Below are positions 1-11,899 of a DNA stretch of 44,119 nucleotides, piece after piece. The number at the start of each line of letters is the position of its first letter. Within the stretch, counting starts at the first letter, position 1. The DNA comes from Octopus sinensis. Its lineage: Eukaryota. A program made the translations under genes and the position numbers. The notes beneath the pieces are model-generated. The model worked only from the letters and a program-made list of their open reading frames with translations, had not been told where the DNA came from and made no database searches. The stretch is taken from contig NW_021834970.1 in NCBI RefSeq assembly GCF_006345805.1, forward strand, positions 1 to 44,119. Reading direction: 5' to 3'.

Positions 1-984
1 CAGATTCGGAAGGCCTCCAGTCCAGTAAACAAACGGTAAACAATTTATACAACAACATCACAGCATACACGATATTTCCATCCTTCAGGCAAACTTCTCG
101 CCGATCTCCCCACGTAAATCTCTAAGAAATAATTATTCTCATTTTGTTTTTACCTAAACAAAACACCTTTACAGTGGCCACGTATCCTTACAACACCGAT
201 CCCATTTTCAAAAAGCTGTTATTAAAGGGTTTTGTTTCAGTATATACTTTTTGTAGCTTGTAGAAGAGATTAAAGACCCTAAATCCGATTAACTGAGTGA
301 AGCTTTAAAATAAGATATACACGTCGCACTCATTCGATGTGATCTAGTTACAAGTACAAAGGCCATCATTTTCAATATAAATTTAACTTTTACCGCAGTA
401 ACTATGGTCACATATGAAAAATTAGAACTTTTTCAACGGCATCAGATTAAATTGTTGTCAGATAAATATGTATGCAAATGCAATAAGTTGGCCTTGTATC
501 ATATCATAAGCTTGTATTTGTGGATTTTGAAATGCAGAGGATTTAAATCTAAAGTCAAAACATGGGTGAATTTCAACCGAAAAAGTTTTATCTAAAATTG
601 AAAGAAAACCACCAGTTTTCATTTTCAATAAGGCTTGGTATACTGTTAAAGACAAAATGACATATTGCATATTCTTACCGAAACGTTTTGCGTTAAGAAA
701 TGAAAACGTAAAACAAAAGCGGTATGTTGACAGTAGAATAGTTTTCATGCATAAAAAGGAAATAAGGAACGCTTGTTGGAACATGCATTCGGAAAACTTA
801 AGATAAGTCATTCGCAAAATTACATATTTGTATGCACACGCACGCACATACAAACGCACTCGCATTCGTACACATAGAAACACGTAAAAACAGACACATC
901 TGCACACATATAAATAATTGTTTGAATGCATGTGCATGTGAGCATTGGCGTTCGTGTAAGCAGACGCTTTTATGTGTATATAAG

Positions 985-1576
985 TACGAGGTCTGATCAA
1001 AAGGTAACGGAACTCGAGAACGCCGAGTGAAGCCACTTGGTACAGATTGGCCTTCAACGCTCTTACGCGTGCAGTCTAAATGATATAGCATCGCTCATTT
1101 CCATCGGTTAAAACAGAGCTTGAAAGTAACACAACAGAGCTTCCATCAGTGACCATGGCAGAGAAAAAAAAATGTGTGTGTGCGTGCGCGCGCGCGTGCG
1201 CGCGGCGCGCGCGTGTGTGTGTGGTGTGTGTGTGTGTGTATGTGCGTGCGTGTGTGCGCGAATGTATCTGTGAGTTTGCAAGGAAAAGACACAGTTTGAC
1301 GGTTATTACGAGGCAACGGATCCCTCGAAAAATCAAATCCCAATTCACAGGAAGTAGATTTCAGGAAGTCGAGGAAGTACAAGAAAATGCAATGGAGCAA
1401 TGCTCGCTGACCCCAAAAAGGAGTTACAGGAAAGCTTCCATCAAGGGAAACAACGCCGGATAAAGTACGTAGCTTACGAATGGGACCAGGTCGAAAGAGA
1501 TTAAGTGACGAATTGGTATATGATATAGTTTTCTTCTTTTAACGCCATTCTCAATACCTTTTCATCAGATCTAATA
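985..1576 (+). mobile_element. Internally deleted mariner-family DNA transposon
   Basis: The left end TACGAGGTCTGATCAAAAGGTAACG (985-1009) matches a degenerate inverted copy CAATACCTTTTCATCAGATCTAATA (1552-1576) at 19/25 positions, with TA at both outer ends. Bases ~1320-1504 translate across a frameshift to a mariner-like C-terminus (..GSRFQEVEEVQ..ELQESFHQGKQRRIKYVAYEWDQVERD*). Confidence 0.72.
1172..1264. repeat. Mixed (GT)n/(GC)n alternating purine-pyrimidine microsatellite inside the mariner remnant
   Basis: Directly visible TGTGTG/GCGCGC run. Confidence 0.9.
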
Positions 1577-1632
1577 TATTAATATGTGTAATATCATATA
1601 TACGAGTAATGTAGACGTAATATATGTTTGTA

Positions 1633-1958
1633 TGCCTCTATGTATGTATGTATGTATGTTTGTATGTATGTATGTATGTATGCATGTATATATGCATGTA
1701 TGTAAGTGTATGGATGGATGGATGGATAGATGTAGGTATGTATGGATAGTTGGATGTATGTATTGATGTATGTATGTAGGTATGTATGTATGGATGGATG
1801 GATGGAAGTATGTATGTATGCGTAGATGGATGCATGTGTGTATGTATGTATGGATAAATGCAGAGATATAGGTAAGTATGTATCGATGGTTGTATGTATG
1901 TATTGAAGGATGGATGAATGGATGGGTGTGTATAAATATGTATGTGTGTATATGTATG
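1633..1958. repeat. Degenerate (TATG)n/(GATG)n tetranucleotide satellite
   Basis: Directly visible. Confidence 0.9.
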
Positions 1959-2004
1959 ATTTAACAATTAATTTGATATTGTTTTTAATACCTTGTCTGG
2001 TAGT

Positions 2005-3464
2005 ATGGGATACATGGAAATAATCATTTACCAGGAATCTCTATCAATCTTTGGAAACTCCCTCTCTCAATACATAAAAGAGAATTGGAAACGATTCCTA
2101 GACGATTGTTTCATTCTCTGGAATGAAAACATAGATAAACTCCTAAAATTTAAAAACCTATTGAACAGCATAAACCCAAATATACAGTTCACAATGGAAT
2201 ACAACCAAAAGGAGCTCCCGTTCTTGATATACTAATTAAAAAAATTACCTTAAAATAGAAACAGACATTTTTTACAAAGCCACAGACGCCAAACAATACC
2301 TTCTTTTAATTCATGCCACCCAAGACACACTAAAACAAACATCCCCTTCAACCTTGCAAGAAGGATATGCACAATAGTGTCAGAACAAAATACCAGGAAC
2401 TTTAGACTGCAAGAACTCAAAAACACCCTAATTGACAGACATTACCCAGCTCAACTCATAGAGGATGGGATCAGACGTGCAACAGAATCAACATAGAAAC
2501 TTTAAGAAAAGTTCAACAACAACACACCTTCCCCGAAAATACTACCTTACATATCTACATACAACCCCAGAAACAAAGAAGCCTTCACCATCATCACCCA
2601 GAATTTACCAATACTTCATAAACCCAAAATTAAGGAAATTCTAAAATCATACAAACACCCATTTAAAAGCTACAAACAGCCTAAATCACTTAAAAAGATT
2701 CTCACAAAGGCAAAATTGTCTTCTAAAATTACGGATGCAAAAGTAAAAAAATGTGGTAGATCGAACTGTGCAACATGTCCTACCTATTGGAAGGATCAGA
2801 ATTCTTCTATAAAGAGGGACACAAATTTAAGATCAAATCTAACTTTACTTGTGCCTCTGAAAACATAATTATGTTATTAAATGCTCGGGCTGCCACCAAG
2901 ACTACGTGGGTTCCACGGGACTATCACTCAGGCGCAGATGCACACTGCATCGACAACAGATTGCATTCCCAGAATATAGAATGATACCTTTTAGTGAGCA
3001 CATTGAGAAATGCGCAAAGCAACTACTGCCACAATTTTTAATCTTCCCATTTTACCAATGTGCTTTCGGATCATCAACACAAATGAGACTGAACAAGGAA
3101 ACATTCTTCATTGAAAAGTACAACCCAGACTCAACATCCGAACATACTGACACAGAGAAATTAAAAGGAAAAGGGAAAAAAATTTTAAGCGATTATCTCC
3201 CCTACACCGGAAAAAATCACTCACTACCTCCCCTTATTTAGAAATCTCCTGGAAATAAAAACAACGATAATTCCATGCAATATAAACATAACGTCACAAG
3301 AATTTGAAAAGCTACACGCGAAACCGGTAATTTCTTTAAAATTTTTTAAATTATGTCATTTTAAGGAAAGAAAAAAAATTTTTCCAATATTCTCCAGACA
3401 TTTTGACACAAATAATATATTTTTTAACATTTAGCCTTCTGTCGTTTTTTCACACTTTACTATT

Positions 3465-3470
<6 letters not shown>
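2005..3470 (+). mobile_element. 5'-truncated Penelope-like retroelement, family A (RT C-terminal half, GIY-YIG endonuclease, 3' terminal repeat)
   Basis: Near-identical to 35940-37420. Encodes WKRFLDDCF, FLDIL, HPRHTK, the CxxxxCxxC linker and DYVGSTG..LRRR..LH, broken by single-base indels. Ends in a (TA)n tract. Confidence 0.93.
3298..3336 (+). ncRNA. Minimal type I hammerhead ribozyme motif (U3-A8 variant), family A copy; one A missing from stem I
   Basis: AAGAAT-TTGAAAA-GCtacacGC-GAAA-CCGG-TA-ATTTCTT. Same as the 33250 motif apart from one base. Predicted cleavage after 3329. Confidence 0.7.
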
Positions 3471-3524
<54 letters not shown>

Positions 3525-4229
3525 AATCCTCTTTCTGTTACTACTATCTATATATATATATATATATTATATTATACATGTATACATCCACTAGTTTACG
3601 TCGTCTCTATTTATCTTCTTCCAGAGGCTGACAATAATTACTGCAACGTTTGTGTTATATTTACTTTTATTTCAGCTCTGAGGGTCAACCATGTTTGATG
3701 GTAACTCCATCCGACATCTCTTGCTCTATCGTATCGTCTGCTCACCTACATCACTGCTGTCGCCATTTTAGTTATTGCTGATTATGTTCTTGTTAATTCT
3801 GCTTTCGGTGTACTACTTGTTTTACTTCCTAATTATCCTTGCTTTCAATAAAATGACTTCTGTCTCCTCTATATAAAATTATATTGTATGTTTCTACTTT
3901 ATTTGATTATATTATTAATTGGACATAGAGTTTTGATTTTACGATCACCCATCAAAAATAACCATCTTTATTACTAAGGTTTACACTCGTTTTGGTTACG
4001 TCAATTGATTTTTCGCTTTGGACATGTTCCGAAGTTGTATATATCTATTATAAGACACTGTTAATTATTACAGGATTTTATACTATTTTATTTTCATTAT
4101 TTTCTTTTAGTATCGATGAAATGTTGTATTACCTGTTTGAAGAACTTATAAATTTGGCATATAAGCAATTGAACACACCGGCATGATTACATGTAAAAAA
4201 AATGTGTGGATATGTAGCTATACAAACAG

Positions 4230-4285
<56 letters not shown>

Positions 4286-4321
4286 CACACACACATATAT
4301 ATATATTTTTATATATATATA

Positions 4322-4735
4322 TAGTTAATCCAAAAATGAAAACACAAAGAGAAAACACAGCAAGGCGAGGATGTGGACCAAGTATAGTGTTATTGGGAGC
4401 TCAGGAAATGAAAGAAAGAAGGAGGATTTGACGTTTGGAGTGGAGCTCTTCGTCAGAAACATAGAAAAAGGAAAGAACCAAGGAAGGGAAGAGGGGGGAA
4501 AAATCGCCAACGGTTCACTCGCGGTCACATCACACATGTTTATACTAGAAAAGGGAACAGATCAGGAGCACACACGACAACGGAAAATGTCGCTGAAGAG
4601 GTCAAAAACTTGTGACGAAAGATTTCCGGGCAATGGACATGAGTTAGAATAAGAACAGTAATAAACGAGTGAAGAACGACAATATAGTGCGTGTGTTTAT
4701 TTGGCAAGAATAAACATCATCCTGAAATAAAATGT
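4322..4735 (-). mobile_element. Probable PLE 3' terminal-repeat remnant from a different family
   Basis: Pyrimidine-rich minus-strand segment containing a hammerhead-like motif (4427-4459) and bounded by (TA)n on both sides. No ORF remains. Confidence 0.45.
4427..4459 (-). ncRNA. Degenerate minimal hammerhead motif (G12 changed to C; probably inactive)
   Basis: Minus strand reads TTT-CTGACGA-A-GAGctccaCTC-CAAA-CG-TC-AAA: stem I TTT/AAA, stem II GAG/CTC, palindromic ACGT stem III. GAAA is replaced by CAAA. Confidence 0.55.
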
Positions 4736-4736
4736 G

Positions 4737-4777
<41 letters not shown>

Positions 4778-5140
4778 TATATGTATGTATGTATGTATGT
4801 ATATTGTAGTATTTCGTTTAGGCATAGCGAGATCAATAACATGGTATAGAACTCAATACACATATGTTTCAGAATACGATATTATATGATTATACAGTAT
4901 TAAAATCCCCAAAAGGACACCGGAGAAAACAAATGTTATGTAATGTAATTCATTCGCTCACAGCTGGTGGACTCTAAGTTGAGTATCAGAATACTATGTT
5001 TTTGATTCATCAGCGCCATGAATATGAAGTGTGCTTTATTTTGGACAGCTACATTCTTAGTACATAAGGGAGTTCAACGAAAACTTTCTCACTCATAACA
5101 CCTCTTTATTTCTCTCTCTCTCTCTCTCCACACACAACAT

Positions 5141-5191
<51 letters not shown>

Positions 5192-5200
5192 CATACAATA

Positions 5201-5308
<108 letters not shown>

Positions 5309-5405
5309 TGTTATCAAAAAAGGGGGTCGAATTAATTAATTGTTAATAAATTCGACCAAGCAGTATTCGGTATGTAAAGACCATTTACGGTATATTTGAA
5401 GTATT

Positions 5406-5487
5406 AATTTATAAAAATATGGTAAAGTAAAAGAATTCTTTTACTTTACCATATTTTGAATTCTTTTACTTTACCATATTTTTATAA

Positions 5488-5490
<3 letters not shown>
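5406..5490. repeat. Perfect 44-bp palindrome (5414-5457) with a tandem duplication of its right arm
   Basis: AAAATATGGTAAAGTAAAAGAATTCTTTTACTTTACCATATTTT is self-complementary. 5458-5490 is the exact reverse complement of 5406-5438. Confidence 0.95.
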
Positions 5491-5521
<31 letters not shown>

Positions 5522-5789
5522 TTTGATTAGGAAAAATTTACAACCTCCCGCTTCAACGAAGCACTTTTGTTCCTGAAAGTTTTATATTATATATTTTGTA
5601 CGGTTTGCTTGAATTTAACCTTCTTCCTACAACTCGATCGTTGGATCTTACACTTATATATATAAATATATATGTGTGTGTGTTTGTGTATGTATATATG
5701 TGTATATCCATATTTATATGTGTATATATTATTTAATCGACTGCAGTACTCATTCATTACCAAACTCTAAGTTATTGGGTTGTCGACAA

Positions 5790-5955
5790 ACCAACGACGG
5801 TTGTGAAGCATTGGCGGGGTGGGGAAACAAACACAGACACAGACACACAATTTAAATATAAACACGACAGCCGGTTTTCTTGTAGTTTCCGCTTAGCAAA
5901 TTCACTCCCAAGTATTTGGTTGGCACAAGGACATTGTAGAAGGCACTTGGACATT
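5790..5955 (-). mobile_element. Degenerate fragment of the SINE family seen at 18008
   Basis: Minus strand CCAAGTGCCTTCTACAAT..GAGTGAATTTGCTAAGCGGAAACTACAAGAAA..GTGTCTGTGTTTGT aligns by eye to 18084-18240. Confidence 0.65.
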
Positions 5956-6185
5956 AATCCACCGGCTTTTATGATGTCAAACTATCACTGTATTGCCCAG
6001 ACAATCGGATGTTGTTTTATACCGATGGTCACAATGCGCCGACATGTATTGTTGTAGCTTTAAAATCATGCTACCCTGCTGGCTAGCATGAGCAGGCCAA
6101 TTTTCTAACTGAATAGAACCATAGGCCATCACCCGCTGAGCGGACTGGGCTAATGTAAAATGAAGTGTTCTGCTGAAGAACAAAC

Positions 6186-6521
6186 GTAACTCAGTGGTTA
6201 GAGCGTCGAGCTTACGATCGTGAGGTTGTGAGCTCGAATCCCGGACGGGGCTGCGTGTTGTGTTCTTGAGCAAGGCACTTTATTTCACGTTGCTCCAGTT
6301 CACTCAGCTGTAGAAATGAGTTGCGACGTCACGGGTGCCAAGCTGTATCGGCCCTTGCCTTTCCCTTGGACAACATCGGTGACGTGGAGAGGGGAGGCCG
6401 GTATGCATGGGCGACTGCTGGTCTTCCATAAAACAACCTTGCCCAGACTTGTGCCTCAGAGGGTATCTCTCTAGGTGCAAACCCATGGTCAGTGCCTGAC
6501 CGAAGGGGGTCTTTACCCTTT

Positions 6522-6522
<1 letters not shown>
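6186..6522 (+). mobile_element. tRNA-derived SINE
   Basis: A-box-like CAGTGGTTAGAGCG and B-box-like GCTCGAATCC are followed by a central GTGTTCTTGAGCAAGGCACTTT..TTGCTCCAGTTCACTCAGCTG block, part of which recurs in the copy at 18478-18760. Ends at (TA)n. Confidence 0.8.
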
Positions 6523-6565
<43 letters not shown>

Positions 6566-6932
6566 TAATTATATGAATATGTGTGTTGGAAAATCTCGAA
6601 CAGAATGCGTGTTGGAGACACCAGAGTTGGGGATTAGTGGCTATTAAGAGCAACGATTTGTTAAGGGAGTCTCTGGGTATCAAATATAATCTCCTTGCTG
6701 GTCTGTTCTGGAAGAATTTTATTCAAGAGCCTGAAGAATTTCTGGAAATTCATGACCTTGCAATGCTAATGGGGTAGGGCACTGAACTTCGAGATAAAAT
6801 ATTCAATGTTGTCAACCGGGAATTGCAAAGATCTGTGCAGTGAACAGTTGAAAAAATAACAAAATAATCAAAAATAGCAAAATAATCAAAAATAACAAAA
6901 TAACCAAAAATGACAGAGAATACTGGAATTAT

Positions 6933-7349
6933 TTAATATTTAGCGCGAAGCCCTTTAGCTTCAATCACACTTTGACATCTTCGACTGCATGATGAAATTT
7001 AATTTTCAATTTCTTGCTGGGTGATATTATTCCATTCTTCCTGAAGGGCATTCCATAATTGCTCGGTTGTTCTAGGATTTCTGGCTTTTGAACGTTCTCC
7101 TAGAAATTTCCACACATTTGCAATAGAATTGAGGTCTGAGCTTTGAACAGGCCAATCCATAACAATAACCTTTTCAACCTTGAGGAAGTTCATGACCATC
7201 TTAGCCTTGTGACATGGGGCATTGTCCTGCATGAATATGGGTGGTCGCTTAGTTGAATTTCTCAGCACAGGCAAGACATGATCTTTTACCTCTCCATGTA
7301 ATCGCACCAAAGGACCCACGCCATCTCCAGATATCATACCCCAAACCAT
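6933..7349 (-). pseudogene. Tc1-family transposase, C-terminal fragment
   Basis: MVWG..G.GPL, MQDNAPCH and WPVQSSDLNSIANVW give D-34-E spacing with the catalytic E changed to A. The end ..SVIEAKGLRAKY* follows a frameshift. Confidence 0.9.
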
Positions 7350-7456
7350 GGTCCTGGGTCAATACAATAATGTTCCATTGACGTACGGCTTTTGAAGCAA
7401 CCCGACTTATACGTCCCCTTAATACTGCTCGTCTTGAGTCAAAATTAGAAAGAATT

Positions 7457-7551
7457 ATCATCACCATCACCATCACCATCACCATCATCATCATCATCAT
7501 CACCATCGTCGTCGTCGTCGTCGTCATTATCATCATCATCATAATCATCAT
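7457..7551. repeat. (CAT)n/(CAC)n/(CGT)n trinucleotide repeat
   Basis: Directly visible. Confidence 0.9.
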
Positions 7552-8139
7552 TGCTCTTTATAAAGTTAACTTCCTTCTGCTATCTTTTCTTCTCCTTTAT
7601 TTCTTTTTCGTCTTCTTTTTCTCTAATTCCGCCTGCAGTTCGATTGAACCGATAAAGTTATTCAAGGCCTCACATTCATTAGCTCAATGCCTTGGAGGTT
7701 ATAGCAAATCACCACAGCAATTTTCTACGACAGATTTTCCTTTGCACTTTTAAAGAATGCTCTAATTAGTCATGCGACACCATTTTCTTGTTCAAGTTGC
7801 TGCTGCTGTAATGCTTCTCATTAATATTCTTGCCCTTGCTCTTGTTGTTATTTTCATTATTTTGGATTTTTTGTAGTTACATTTTTAATTGTTATCTCAT
7901 AGGGTTTTTTTCTTTTTTATTACCGGTTTTAGTTGGACGCTTTGGTTGCTCCCGCTTCTATTTTTGCAGATGATACTTCAACATCTCCATAGATATGCAG
8001 GAAGTAAATAGAGACATTTCATTTTTAAAACTTCTGATCTAGGCGCTTTTATATGTTTTCCGCGGTATAGAATTTACAATATAATTATTCTTTTTCATTC
8101 CAGGAACCATTATATCAAATATTTGCGAAGAGTAACCAT

Positions 8140-8496
8140 ACCGCGCACAAAAGATTCAGCACAACTGTCATATTTTCAAAGCGGTCGTATTTTTGGGTAA
8201 TCTGAGGCGAAAAATTGCCTCAAATTCGTCTTGCTACTGTTATTAGGATTAAAGTGCATTTAAAAAGCCAAGGAAAAGAATCAACAGATTCTCTTCCCGG
8301 CCGACCTGGACCCTTGGAAAAGAAGCTTCGCTGTTTGAAGAGAATTGTGGAAAACGAGCCCCGTTCAAAGGCTTCTGACATTGCAAAACAGCTAGAAGTT
8401 ACTCCAAGAACGTGTGTTACATATCTGCATAAGCTTGGATATTATGGACGAGCAGCTAGAAGAAAACCTCTCATTCAACCAATTGATATCAAATAA
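8140..8496 (+). pseudogene. Tc1-family transposase, N-terminal DNA-binding fragment
   Basis: ..PGRP..L..LRCLKRIV..EP..KASDIAKQL.V..RT...YLHKLGYYGRAARRKPL fits the Tc1 GRP linker/second HTH/RKP pattern. No catalytic domain follows. Confidence 0.75.
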
Positions 8497-9569
8497 AAGA
8501 TTTTGAAAAGCAGAGGAGTCTATTTACTTCCTGCATGTCTGTGCATACCCATCCACTTGTTTTCCAGTTAGTCTTTTTGCTATATTAAAAGCATTTTTTA
8601 TTCTAATTTTGTTGTTGAGCACACGTTATCCGGCATTTTTGCTCCGGTTTCAGTTTTGTCTGTGTAGGAATGAGGGAGGTTTTAACTAATTATAGTACGT
8701 GGAGTGATGTCCAATCGGGCAACAACTACAAAGCTATGGTAGTTGCAATGAAGCTACTTAGGGAAGTGTTACATTATTGAAATTTATTATAATTGCTGAC
8801 TTCTTTAAGCCCTAGGCTCTTTCGAAACGGAGGGAATTCATAAATGATATATCGTAAATACTACATGTTTTCAACAATATTGAAGTATGTGATCAGATGT
8901 GAAATTTATGCGAACGAAACGAGTGTATATATTGAGAGATATTCGTCATGGGATACGTAATATTGCAGCTTTAACGGATGTAAAATAGTTCCCAGTATTA
9001 CTAAACTAGTTATATATACACACATGCACATACATATATACATATACGTATATATACACATATAAACATACATATATAAACATACATATATACATATATA
9101 AATATACATATATACATATTTATATATATATGTATACGTATAAAATATAGTTAAGATTCGGTTGAATTAGGTACTTTTATTGAGGCACATTGCTAGTTCG
9201 GCATAATCTCACCCCGACTATATTATTTGAATATTGACTATCAAGACTCTGTGTAGGGGTGTATGTACCCAATATTGTTGTCGGGTGTGTAGACAAGGCA
9301 ACCCAGCTAATTGAAGATATCTGTCCTTGGTAATTTAGATATATATACTTCCAGAAATGTATTTTCTATAGTGTTTCCGAAGTACTGATTCCAAGTCAGG
9401 TGAACGGACTGTTCGCAATTCATTCCGCCTTCCTTTCTTTTTGAACTTTCCTATGTACTTTGGTTCCGAAGGAGTGTTACGCTCGAAACATAAAACAACC
9501 ACTCTTTCCGTCTCTGAGTATCTTATTAATATTTTGCCTGTGCTACGTTACTCATCTTTTTTTCTTCCG

Positions 9570-9646
<77 letters not shown>

Positions 9647-9674
9647 TATATAAATACACAAAAACACACAGACA

Positions 9675-9716
<42 letters not shown>

Positions 9717-9824
9717 GTGTGTGTGTGTGTGTTTCTGTGTGTATACGTGCGTTATAGTTATCTAACGAACGAGAAACGTGGGTTCAGTACTGTGTAGGAG
9801 AGAGGTTTCTGAATTAAAAATGAA

Positions 9825-9867
9825 ACTCGTGACACTAGTTTCACGGTCATGCGATCATCAGATGAAA
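9825..9867 (-). ncRNA. Hammerhead-like motif, probably degenerate
   Basis: Minus strand reads TTTCAT-CTGATGA-T-CGcatgacCG-T-GAAA-CtagtG-TC-ACGAG. Core boxes are intact, U-U closes stem II, and stem I is imperfect. Confidence 0.4.
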
Positions 9868-10225
9868 CTAAATAAACTCTGTATAAATTGTGTATTTATA
9901 ACGATTGCTGGAATGTTAGTGTTCTGCTACTTGTATTATTTCACCGATTATATGTTCTATCTATGTTGTGGTGTTTGTATTTTAGGCAAACGTAGGTGAG
10001 GGAATGCTATGAATTTGTTTATGGTAATCTGGAAATATTAATTGAGGAAGTATTACCTTAGCCACCTTTTATTATTAAGTTTATTTATTTATTTACAGGA
10101 GTAAATTTAGCTTGCACGTGGAGTATTTCTGTTGCTTGAAAGTGTTTCCTGCAAGAAAAGGATGTACATTTTTCTATAGGGCTGTGTGTCTATATGCATG
10201 TATGTCTACGGGTGTATGTGTAGGG

Positions 10226-10303
<78 letters not shown>

Positions 10304-10328
10304 GTATATATATATATATATTGTATAT

Positions 10329-10377
<49 letters not shown>

Positions 10378-10439
10378 AGAGAAGAGAGAGAGGGGGAGAC
10401 AGAGGGGGAGAGAGTGTAGAAGAAATGGAAATAGAGAAT

Positions 10440-10650
10440 GTATCTGTGCTTGTGTTTGTAACGACTACCGCTAAACAACCGGTATCAGTTTTGTTATGTC
10501 CTCATCTATTATCATTTCAGTGAAAGTGATCGATAGAATGAATACCAGAATAGAACAAATACATACAAGTGTTGATGGTTTTCGACTGAACTCTTCAATG
10601 CAGTGCCCCAGTACGGCCACAGTCAAATGACTGAATCAATTAACAAATAA
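10440..10650 (+). mobile_element. Degenerate 3' half of the 18008-type SINE
   Basis: Retains GATCGATAGAAT..CAGTGCCCCAGTACGGCCACAGTCAAATGACTGAA, matching the 18290-18390 tail. Confidence 0.65.
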
Positions 10651-10778
10651 ATGATACACGTACTTTCACATGTAAATAGCCTTCAGTGATTACAATCTAG
10701 AAATTCTCTTTCTCTCTTTATATATGTGTGTGTATGTAAATGTAAATATATATACACATACATATATATTATATGCAC

Positions 10779-10831
<53 letters not shown>

Positions 10832-10864
10832 GCATATCGGTATGTATACGTATGTATATATCTG

Positions 10865-10975
10865 TGTGTGTTTCTTTGTATTTCTTTGTCCTACACCATG
10901 TTTTGGCAACCGGTTTTGGTTTGTTTATGCTCCCGTAACTTAGCGTTTCGGCCGGCAAAATGGGCGACAGAATAA
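10865..10975 (+). mobile_element. Degenerate internal fragment of the 18008-type SINE
   Basis: GGCAACCGGTTTTGGTTTGTTTATGCTCCCGTAACTTAGCGTTTCGGC resembles 18233-18280. Confidence 0.5.
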
Positions 10976-11418
10976 CAAAATGTCAGTACTGATGTCTATT
11001 GTTTCGGTTAAAGTCTTGAAGACAATCCTTCATCAATGAGTGAAGCAACGACTAGATATAAGATAAAGGTTATACACCTCTCTTGTAGCTCGTCTAGCTT
11101 AAATAACAAATTTACTAATTTCAGGAAACCAAAATTCCTGGCTTTAAACTTCGATAAAATTACATGGGAAAGAGGATTGATCAATGTTTTCGATAGTAAT
11201 TCTAAGTTTGCGAATAACGTAAACCATGAAATCGGATCAAACACATTCTATGTATCGATTATATATAATGAACGTTGGCTTGTCGCGAGCGTCTGTTATA
11301 CGTATTTATTACTGAACTAATGTACATCTTGAAGAGAAATATTTCTTCTAACACATCACAGGAATGTTTTCTATAAGCAAGTTAGAGGAATATATTATAG
11401 AAATCGGTGACGGTATGC

Positions 11419-11462
<44 letters not shown>

Positions 11463-11612
11463 CCATACGTATAAGTATAATGCACGTATGCATTTGCATA
11501 CCATTTAATATAATGGTGTTGTGTATATATATATATATACGTATGTATATATGTGGGTGTCAATGTGTGCGTGTGTGTATGTATCCGTTATATATATATA
11601 ATATATATAATA

Positions 11613-11677
<65 letters not shown>

Positions 11678-11899
11678 GTTATTACAAATTTAGGATTTTA
11701 CCAATAGGACCACAACTTCCGTTACAGGACAACTTTATTTTCTGGAGTACACATAGAATGTTATATCCAAAATTCTATTCTAATAATATAAGCATTTTAA
11801 ATCCTATTATAAGTATAATAAAATAAAGTACAATAGAATTAATAAAAATTTATTTAAATATATATATATACACGTTACCAGTTATTAGTATGTGGGAAA

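Noticed and set aside
1-400. Minus-strand IYVGRSARSL near 90-120, reminiscent of a GIY-YIG second motif
   Set aside because: There is no convincing first motif or downstream conserved residues, and nearby frames are closed. Too short to call.
3590-4180. Possible degenerate PLE or coding remnant on the minus strand
   Set aside because: Only scattered 4-5 residue resemblances were found, with no ordered motif series.
6186-6250. tRNA-like sequence with A and B boxes
   Set aside because: It continues directly into a SINE body and lacks a proper acceptor stem. It is a SINE head and not a tRNA gene.
10995-11040. Minus-strand TTGATGAAGG..CCGAAAC hammerhead-like motif
   Set aside because: U3 is combined with G8, there is no valid stem III or NUH triplet, and stem I is unclear.
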